The notes under the pieces: generated by a model
Databases searched by the model: none
What the model was told of the DNA's origin: nothing
The model's input: only the letters and a program-made list of their open reading frames with translations
Shown here: piece by piece, positions 57,384 through 64,000 of the stretch
How positions within the stretch are numbered: position 1 is the first letter of the stretch
Layout of the letters: each line of letters opens with the position of its first letter
IMG/VR virus record: IMGVR_UViG_3300025093_000018
Location: 1-64,000 of that record
DNA: 64,000 nt
Strand: one strand, 5' to 3'
Source: a virus
Made by a program: the position numbers and the translations under genes

Positions 57384-57818
57384 TTGGCCGTCTTTGTCAT
57401 GAAGGAGAATTTAAGTAAGGTTTCAGACTACATCAGAGCAATCTCTGAGCATTTTAACCATGACCCTAAGTATATAACTCTGCGTGTGCTGGTGGGTAAT
57501 ATGCATTTTGACGGTAGTGTGAGTGAGTCTGGTATGAAGGTTATCAAGGCTATGAAGGCTCTAAGCCCTGAGGATCATGTTGTTTCTCATATTTACAATG
57601 AGCTTGATATGATCAGGATGGGTGCTGAGTATGAAGCTAGTATTGTTAAGGAGCCTGTTATCATAGGTCGTATAGATCTTGATAATGAGGTTAAGGAGCA
57701 AATAGCTCTTGAGGTTGCAGAGGATAGGGCTAACATGCCTGATATGAACCCTGGACCACAGGAGCATTGTCCTGAATGTAGAGAGATGATAGTGTTGGGT
57801 CATTGCAGATGCTTCTAA
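57384..57818 (+). CDS. Hypothetical early protein with C-terminal Zn ribbon (start probably the ATG at 57399)
   Basis: CPEC...HCRC. Confidence 0.55.
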   Translation: MAVFVMKENLSKVSDYIRAISEHFNHDPKYITLRVLVGNMHFDGSVSESGMKVIKAMKALSPEDHVVSHIYNELDMIRMGAEYEASIVKEPVIIGRIDLDNEVKEQIALEVAEDRANMPDMNPGPQEHCPECREMIVLGHCRCF

Positions 57819-57865
57819 TAATTTATTAACTTGCCGGAACTAGTGGCGGCACTCTTGATTGAGTT

Positions 57866-58165
57866 ATGGCTAGAATTATCATGGCGAAGGCTTTGATTAG
57901 TGGTGTTGTGACTAAGGTCAGTTTATTCACACAGAATGAACCACCGCGTTTTGTTGACATGCCTGTCAGGTGTGTGTCAGTTTATAAGGGGAAGTCTGAT
58001 CTTCTTATAAATACTAGTGACTTGAACGATGAAGCTATTGCTTATATCACTAAGCATGCTTTAGACAGTCAAGTTGAAATTGTAGGACTTGGTAGTCTTA
58101 CAAGAGTAGTATTTGCTCCGGCTGATGGCGTTGTTATGGGGTTTGGCGCTGATGTTATCCCTTAA
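57866..58165 (+). CDS. Hypothetical early protein
   Basis: 99 aa ORF. Confidence 0.55.
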   Translation: MARIIMAKALISGVVTKVSLFTQNEPPRFVDMPVRCVSVYKGKSDLLINTSDLNDEAIAYITKHALDSQVEIVGLGSLTRVVFAPADGVVMGFGADVIP

Positions 58166-58200
58166 TAATCTTTCAACTACCCTGCTAAGATTTAGTGGGG

Positions 58201-58256
58201 TAGCTGTCTACAGATGTGTGTCTGTACTGATGAGTTCCAAAAGGACGAAACAGCTA
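58201..58256 (+). ncRNA. Type III hammerhead ribozyme
   Basis: TAGCTGT-C^TACAGA-TGTGTG-TCTGTA-CTGATGA-GTTCC-AAAA-GGAC-GAA-ACAGCTA: complete CUGAUGA/GAAA/GUC core with three paired stems. Confidence 0.92.
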
Positions 58257-58293
58257 ATTTAATAGGTGATGACTTACCATCGAAATTCATGTT

Positions 58294-58812
58294 ATGAAAA
58301 TGTATTCAATCTACCTACGGGGTTCAGAAGGACAGTACGAACACGTAGGCGCAGTAGATGCGACAAATCTTGAAGAAGCGTTTGTAATGACGCAAAATAT
58401 TGATGAGCGTCCTAACGCTTTAGGCAATTGTAGAAGTACATCAGTTGGTGATATCTTTGTTGAATTTGACTTAGACTCACAGGAACCAATACCTTACAAG
58501 GTAGAGGTGACTGGGTTTAGTATTTCTGATGTAGATCCTAGTGCTCCTGGTAGACACTATTTCCAAGAGAAGATGACAGAACAAATGTGTGCTCCTGCAC
58601 CTAGTTATGTTATTAGTTTCGAAGGAGTAGATGTTGAGTTAGAAAGTGCTAGAGATCTTATACCAACAATTGTTAAGTTATTACCATTGTATGATGATGA
58701 TACTAAATTCGAAGTAATCCAAGTAATTGGTAACCAAGAAGGTATTGTTGCACAAGGGTATGGAGAAGAAGTATTACCTAAAGTAGCTCAATACATCTTT
58801 GAAAACTACTAA
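58294..58812 (+). CDS. YodL-like domain protein
   Basis: LEEAF...N...RSTSVGDI...Y.V...GF motif. Confidence 0.65.
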   Translation: MKMYSIYLRGSEGQYEHVGAVDATNLEEAFVMTQNIDERPNALGNCRSTSVGDIFVEFDLDSQEPIPYKVEVTGFSISDVDPSAPGRHYFQEKMTEQMCAPAPSYVISFEGVDVELESARDLIPTIVKLLPLYDDDTKFEVIQVIGNQEGIVAQGYGEEVLPKVAQYIFENY

Positions 58813-58892
58813 TAATCTTATATCCACCTAGCTATTTTATAGTTGGGTGGATTTATTACTAATTAATAAGCCCTGGAAACAGGCAATATAAA

Positions 58893-59105
58893 ATGAAAAC
58901 ATCGTTAAAAATATCCAAGAAACATTTACTGTACTTAATAGACCTATGTATAACATTATGTGGATACACAGTGACATTAGGCTTAGGTAAAATGAATGAC
59001 AACCCTTACTACAAAAGCTATTACATATCTCTTCACAATAAGAAAGGACATACAATAGCTGAGTGCGGGAGAACTAATAAGTATAAACAATTACTAAATA
59101 AATAA
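58893..59105 (+). CDS. Hypothetical early protein
   Basis: 70 aa; preceded by a GAAA hairpin. Confidence 0.55.
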   Translation: MKTSLKISKKHLLYLIDLCITLCGYTVTLGLGKMNDNPYYKSYYISLHNKKGHTIAECGRTNKYKQLLNK

Positions 59106-59109
59106 AACA

Positions 59110-59667
59110 ATGAACAAAAAAGAAATAGTAACTATGCTACAATTTGCAGTAGACAATACTGCTGCAAGAAATCCTGCTTTGACTAAGGACGTAGCGGACA
59201 GAATTTACAGTCTAATTAATGATGACTATATGGAGCCAAACTATAGTTCTGCTAGCCGGATTCTAAAGGTTAACATGTCTATGAACTTTGGTAGTATAGA
59301 AATCCAAACAGTTGATCATCTTGATCAAGATGGTGGTGATGTACGTGAGGGTGAAAGAGTAAGTGTTGAAGGAACAAGCACTGTTATCTATTTTGGTGAA
59401 AAAGGTAAGAAAGGACCTGAACCATACAATAGACAAGGTGTGCAATACATACCACTACAGTGGTCAAGCCTTGAACTTGTAGATGAGAGAGAAGAGTGTG
59501 ATGTGTATGCTACACTTCCTATGAAATGTAATACATCAATAGAAATAGGAAGGTTCAACTACAACGATCACTGGAATACAATAGAATTCACTATAGTTGT
59601 TGAGCAATTTAATAAAGATGATTTCATCAATGAATTGTTCGAAATACTACAGTATTCTAACAAATAA
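59110..59667 (+). CDS. Hypothetical early protein
   Basis: 185 aa ORF. Confidence 0.6.
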   Translation: MNKKEIVTMLQFAVDNTAARNPALTKDVADRIYSLINDDYMEPNYSSASRILKVNMSMNFGSIEIQTVDHLDQDGGDVREGERVSVEGTSTVIYFGEKGKKGPEPYNRQGVQYIPLQWSSLELVDEREECDVYATLPMKCNTSIEIGRFNYNDHWNTIEFTIVVEQFNKDDFINELFEILQYSNK

Positions 59668-59751
59668 AATAAGTAGGGCAAGGTAATCTTATCACTACCT
59701 TGCTCTATTTTAACCTTTAATTAATAAAATCCTAGAAATAGGTAATATAAA

Positions 59752-59865
59752 ATGAAAAAGTTATTAAGTAAAATCGTAAGTCTCCTAGTAATGACACCTA
59801 GAGAGAACAGATTGGTAAGAGTGTCAGCGTTAATGATAACAGGTCATAGACCACAAAACAAATAG
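59752..59865 (+). CDS. Small hypothetical protein (not in ORF track)
   Basis: MKKLLSKIVSLLVMTPREN..., 37 aa; preceded by the GAAA hairpin at the same spacing as other genes. Confidence 0.5.
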   Translation: MKKLLSKIVSLLVMTPRENRLVRVSALMITGHRPQNK

Positions 59866-59867
59866 TT

Positions 59868-60323
59868 ATGTTGGTAGAGATAATAAAAGATGACGAAGGA
59901 TGTCCAATCCTTTTAGAAGATGGTAAGAGGGTAGATTCTCATACTATAGCAACTAGTAGAGGGGATTACATAGGTAAATCAGCTTATATGTTATTCCGAA
60001 GATATGGGTGGGGATGTAAAGGTAAACTTACAGGTCCTGCTGAGGATTGTAAAGAAATAGATGCTGAATTACATGAAAAGTATTTCACTATTAATGGTGA
60101 AGATGCTTCTAAGTATGTTATTCATTTACCTCCGAGTTTAGCTAATTTAAATTGTAGAATAGCTAGATTGCATGGGTATGAGTATTATAAAGAGTTAATT
60201 AAAGCTGGATTTACAGAGTATTTCTCAGCTACTACTGCTTATAACTACGGACTACTGCTTGCAAACCCGGATAAAGAAGAAATCTTCGACATCTTAGGTA
60301 TAAAATCAAAAACTAATTATTAA
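59868..60323 (+). CDS. Hypothetical early protein
   Basis: 151 aa ORF. Confidence 0.6.
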   Translation: MLVEIIKDDEGCPILLEDGKRVDSHTIATSRGDYIGKSAYMLFRRYGWGCKGKLTGPAEDCKEIDAELHEKYFTINGEDASKYVIHLPPSLANLNCRIARLHGYEYYKELIKAGFTEYFSATTAYNYGLLLANPDKEEIFDILGIKSKTNY

Positions 60324-60414
60324 TTAATAAAGTCCTGGAAACAGGCAATAAAAGCAAGGTAATCTTACGGGACTGCCTTGCTTTTATTAAGTGTCTAATT
60401 TAAAATGAAACAAA

Positions 60415-60630
60415 ATGATAGCACGTATCAACGGTATCGTCATGCCGGTAGTATTTGATGGCGAAAACATAGTAATAGCTCTTGACCCTTCAATTGAGGG
60501 TGACGACCAAAGAGTGAGTATTAACAAGGCAGAGAACGAGGTCGTGTTCACTGAAAACACTCGTTTAACAAAACGACCAAAGAGACGACGCATGAAGCGA
60601 AGTCCTATTAACCTAAGCAGAATAAAATGA
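60415..60630 (+). CDS. Hypothetical protein with basic C-terminus
   Basis: 71 aa; ATGA overlap with the next gene. Confidence 0.5.
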   Translation: MIARINGIVMPVVFDGENIVIALDPSIEGDDQRVSINKAENEVVFTENTRLTKRPKRRRMKRSPINLSRIK

Positions 60631-61058
60631 AAAGAACATTTGCTCCGCTTGTCCTAATGATGATATTCTCGTTGGGACTAGCACTGACCTCTGTATGTCA
60701 GTCCAAAACTGCAGAAGCTAAAGTAGCTGAAACAGCTGTATTTGATTACGATTTAAATCGCTACTTGAGTAGTAAAAACGGTGAGGTGGATAACCACTAC
60801 ACCGAAGCTGTAATCACTAAAAAGAATAACCTAATGACTTTCAAGATGAAAGTAGGAAAGGATTCTGTACATACAGCTGTATACAAGATCGTTGAACGAA
60901 AGCAGGGTCATCGAGTAATTTTAGCCAAACGTGTTGACACTAAGGCTAAGATAAAGATAATTCAGCGGAAGCACGAGCTCGAAGTACTATGTGACTTTAA
61001 CCGGAAACATAATAGATTCGATGGTGCTATTATATTTACCGATCTTGAATTTAAATAA
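60627..61058 (+). CDS. Exported protein with signal peptide
   Basis: MKRTFAPLVLMMIFSLGLAL signal; beta-rich body. Confidence 0.6.
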   Translation: MKRTFAPLVLMMIFSLGLALTSVCQSKTAEAKVAETAVFDYDLNRYLSSKNGEVDNHYTEAVITKKNNLMTFKMKVGKDSVHTAVYKIVERKQGHRVILAKRVDTKAKIKIIQRKHELEVLCDFNRKHNRFDGAIIFTDLEFK

Positions 61059-61258
61059 TGTTTAACCGGGGATCATTTCGGTGGTCCCCATATTATTTGT
61101 CAATCATGAAAGGATTAACAAAAGAAGAGTTTGAAACAGAGTATATAGCAATAGCTAATACAAACTTCAACTCTAAACCCTGGAAGATAATCGTCCGGGC
61201 CCTCGCTCAAAAAGCTATACAGAGCTCAATGGTTGGGGACAAACTAGACAGTAAATAA
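61058..61258 (+). CDS. Hypothetical protein
   Basis: 66 aa, TAATG coupling. Confidence 0.45.
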   Translation: MFNRGSFRWSPYYLSIMKGLTKEEFETEYIAIANTNFNSKPWKIIVRALAQKAIQSSMVGDKLDSK

Positions 61259-61334
61259 TCTTACTGTCAACCCAGCTTTAATTAAGTCAATCAATTGTTT
61301 AACTAATAAAGTCCTAGAAATAGGCATTTTTACT

Positions 61335-61820
61335 ATGAGTAAAATCAAGTATTCCAAGAAGAGGTTAACCTCTCAAGCGAGATTGAAGAACTTCATCTCG
61401 AAAATTATCCCTGTAGGGACAGTGTTAATGGTTACTGACCTTATGAAGGGTCACTACGAAGACAACGACGGAAACGAAGTTGCCAACGATGTGATTCTTT
61501 GTCAGGATCCTGATGGTCAAATTCTTAAATTGTCAGTTCGTGAGTTCATGAAGATGACAGTGAAGGATGGTGAGCACTATCAGGGTGAGTCTGACAACGA
61601 TGATATCTTCTTACCTGAGAAGATTGAAATTGTTGCTAGTGAGGACCGAAAAGGTAAGGGCGAGGATGAACCTCGGTACCCTACTTACGCGTACAATGGT
61701 GCGCAAGAGTTCATCGACTCTAAAGGTCAGCTTGATTACGTTGAAACCGTGATTAAGTCTGGGCTAAGAGAAGATAACCCTTTCGACCCACTTCAGAACT
61801 ACACTGTAGTATTGTCGTAA
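61335..61820 (+). CDS. Hypothetical early protein, paralogue A
   Basis: MSKIKYSKKR...NDVILC.D.DGQ...IFLPE.I....SEDR...YPT.AYN...QNYTV. Confidence 0.7.
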   Translation: MSKIKYSKKRLTSQARLKNFISKIIPVGTVLMVTDLMKGHYEDNDGNEVANDVILCQDPDGQILKLSVREFMKMTVKDGEHYQGESDNDDIFLPEKIEIVASEDRKGKGEDEPRYPTYAYNGAQEFIDSKGQLDYVETVIKSGLREDNPFDPLQNYTVVLS

Positions 61821-61827
61821 GACTTAT

Positions 61828-61859
61828 AGCATCTCCGGCTAACCACCGGGGGTGCTTTT
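61828..61859 (+). terminator. Intrinsic terminator
   Basis: AGCATCTCCGG/CCGGGGGTGCT plus T-run. Confidence 0.7.
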
Positions 61860-62003
61860 AAAAAATTTTGCCAGTAAAAAATTTAATCTTCCGATCGACT
61901 ACATAATCTTCCAATCGACCCAGCTTTGCCGTAGGCGCGATGGATTGCAGTAGAAATCGATGTCGCATTAATTAAATTAATTTTATAATTAAAAATAAAA
62001 ATT

Positions 62004-62495
62004 ATGTCAAGAGTAAAATATTCAAAGAAAAGAATGGTAGGTCAATCAAGAACTAGTAACTTGAAATACATGCAACCACTTAAACCTGGAACTGTGTTGC
62101 ACGTTGAAGATACCGTAGAAGGTAGCTTTATTGGACCAAATGGACAGGAAGTAATGAATGATACAATCTTATGTCGTGACGCTGATGGTCAAGCTATCAA
62201 AGTTCCTGTAAGAGAGTATGCAAAAATGGATATCGACGGACAACCTTGGGATTCTGAAGGTGATTCTGATGAAATCTTTTTGCCTGAAAGTATTACTATT
62301 ATCTCATCTGAAGATAGAGTATATACTCCTCAAGGTGGAGAAGAGCAAAAGCTTTATCCAACATTCGCTTACAATGATGCAGAAGCATTTGTAGCATCTC
62401 AAGGTGGAATGGAATTTGATGACTTGGTGAAGTCAGGAGTTAAAGAAGATAACAACTTCGCTCCAGTGCAAAACTACACTGTACAAGTAAAATAA
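62004..62495 (+). CDS. Hypothetical early protein, paralogue B
   Basis: Colinear with 61335-61820 over its full length. Confidence 0.7.
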   Translation: MSRVKYSKKRMVGQSRTSNLKYMQPLKPGTVLHVEDTVEGSFIGPNGQEVMNDTILCRDADGQAIKVPVREYAKMDIDGQPWDSEGDSDEIFLPESITIISSEDRVYTPQGGEEQKLYPTFAYNDAEAFVASQGGMEFDDLVKSGVKEDNNFAPVQNYTVQVK

Positions 62496-62828
62496 TGTAA
62501 CACGGGGAGGCTACTGACTCCCCTATACATATTAGATTCATACTTGAAGAAATCTTAAGTTGGTAGAACATAAATCCAATCTCTAAGTAGGTAAGAAATC
62601 ATAGAAATGTCGCCTTAAAGAACATATTATTTGATAATTAGCCGAGTTTAATCACTTGAACTCTTAGGCTTGAATTATATAACCTTATAACCCTTTGGTG
62701 GTATGGATCGAATCCAGTTATAAGGTCAATAACTATTACTTTTGGTAAATTGTTTATTAATCTGTTGACATAATGGCAGAAATTGCTACGTTTTAGATTG
62801 ATAAATATTAGTTAGGTTGATTGACTGA

Positions 62829-62858
62829 AGGCTCCTGGGTAACACCGGGAGCTTTTTT
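62829..62858 (+). terminator. Intrinsic terminator
   Basis: GGCTCCTGG/CCGGGAGCT plus TTTTT; ends a gene-free structured region. Confidence 0.7.
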
Positions 62859-63019
62859 AATGACAATCTGGCGGGATTCGGGGGAAATGTCACCCTCTCA
62901 ATTACCCATACAAGCCATTTTGACACATCTGTCAATCTGTCACTTAAATAAAAGTAATAATACTGCACGTCCTTGAGACTTGCTCTTAAAAAATTTAAAC
63001 CAACAAAAACACTATAAAA

Positions 63020-63178
63020 ATGAACTTAATTAAAGGAATTTGGACCCTATTTCTTATCAGTTTAATACTATTTTTATGGTGGATAGGTGGTTGGTTATTT
63101 TGGGCCGTATGTATAACAGCTAGTTTTATGTTAGCGTTATTCTTTGTAATAATATATTTATTAAACGAAAATAAATAA
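63020..63178 (+). CDS. Small two-TM membrane protein (not in ORF track)
   Basis: MNLIKGIWTLFLISLILFLWWIGGWLFWAV..., 52 aa, A-rich leader. Confidence 0.55.
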   Translation: MNLIKGIWTLFLISLILFLWWIGGWLFWAVCITASFMLALFFVIIYLLNENK

Positions 63179-63180
63179 TC

Positions 63181-63420
63181 ATGAAAAGACCTAGACTAAA
63201 AAATGGTTCACAAATAAACTTAGACTCATTTGTCTTAACAATGGACCAACCAAAAGAAGAGTATAAAAAACCGGATACACTCTGTAAGATCACAGTAGAG
63301 AATATCCGTGAGACCAGAGCTCGACGAATTGCTAATAAATTTATTCCAATATTTTTATCAGAAGCTCGTAAGATTGCTGGACCTAGAAGAATCCTTGAAA
63401 ACCTTAATTATGATTTTTGA
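63181..63420 (+). CDS. Hypothetical protein
   Basis: 79 aa ORF. Confidence 0.55.
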   Translation: MKRPRLKNGSQINLDSFVLTMDQPKEEYKKPDTLCKITVENIRETRARRIANKFIPIFLSEARKIAGPRRILENLNYDF

Positions 63421-63550
63421 AGATAATTCTAAACAAAAACCAGTGAAACGCTGGGCAAACGCATTGCTTTCCGCAGTAGTATTTGTGATCGTGTGGTTAG
63501 CATTTTGGTGGTGTGTTAATTCAATTATTTGGTTAATATCATTACTATAA
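63410..63550 (+). CDS. Small membrane protein (start reassigned to internal ATG)
   Basis: MIFEDNSKQKPVKRW plus hydrophobic helix. Confidence 0.45.
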   Translation: MIFEDNSKQKPVKRWANALLSAVVFVIVWLAFWWCVNSIIWLISLL

Positions 63551-63619
63551 AGATCGATAAGATGCCCAAGCATGTAAACGCCCTGGTATATGAGATCTGT
63601 AACTATTAAATAAACTATT

Positions 63620-63715
63620 ATGAAAACATTAATTGCATATTATATAGGCTTAGGCATAGGTTGGTTAATGTTTCATCCTGATAGTCCATTTAATAAAACT
63701 AAAACTAAAACTTAG
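63620..63715 (+). CDS. Very small membrane peptide
   Basis: MKTLIAYYIGLGIGWLMFHPDS..., 31 aa. Confidence 0.35.
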   Translation: MKTLIAYYIGLGIGWLMFHPDSPFNKTKTKT

Positions 63716-64000
63716 TAAGACAAACCAATTTCATGCAAAGAAATGGTAGACTAATAACGGGTAGAATAAGATCCAAAGTTATTAATCTTTACTCAAATTA
63801 CGAGACTACGGCGAAGCCGTATCTCTTCATGTGCTTGCCCAGCACTTTAATGAACTAGTAGATAAATAAATGAGTAGTTATAAGAGACAAGCGGAGAAAT
63901 TCGCTTTAAGGCACCTGTACTCCCAGGTTAAGAAAACAGCCGTAAACATTATTGAACTTAAGGTAGTAATAAAAGGAGAACCCTACCAGTCTTAGAAGTT

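Noticed and set aside
57561-63573. Minus-strand ORFs in the early block and nested 61567-61752
   Set aside because: Mostly overlap better plus-strand genes; 62786-62968 spans a plus-strand terminator; none has start-site context
1-64000. Stop-codon reassignment as in some crAss-like phages
   Set aside because: terL, portal, MCP and muzzle are full length in the standard code; no CTA or TCA suppressor anticodon among the 14 tRNAs (TAG and TAA anticodons are Leu)

Overview
Part of an AT-rich (roughly one-third GC by eye) Bacteroidota-infecting phage genome, most likely crAss-like (Crassvirales), read in the standard genetic code. Minus strand 1-48.7 kb is the late/virion block: putative ejected cargo proteins, lysis cassette, many tail fibre/receptor-binding proteins, muzzle/tail stabiliser, ring proteins, major capsid, scaffold, portal, a tandem GroES and the terminase. 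48.8-54.7 kb holds three tRNA operons (14 tRNA genes). 54.8-55.8 kb holds an HTH initiator-like gene next to four 21-bp iterons. From 57.3 kb a plus-strand block of small early-type genes carries repeated regulatory motifs and a hammerhead ribozyme. Main discovery: each tRNA operon is preceded by a host-type promoter, a 25-30 aa leader ORF, an antiterminator and an intrinsic terminator. The leader codons match the tRNAs downstream (R/L/E/C/W; Q/H/A/F/Y/P/M). The third leader lists exactly the remaining amino acids (I/N/T/G/K/S/V/D plus R), but its operon has collapsed into one chimeric tRNA-Arg. This looks like ribosome-mediated attenuation that switches on phage tRNAs when the matching host tRNAs fail. 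Protein calls are by motif recognition and gene order, not database search.
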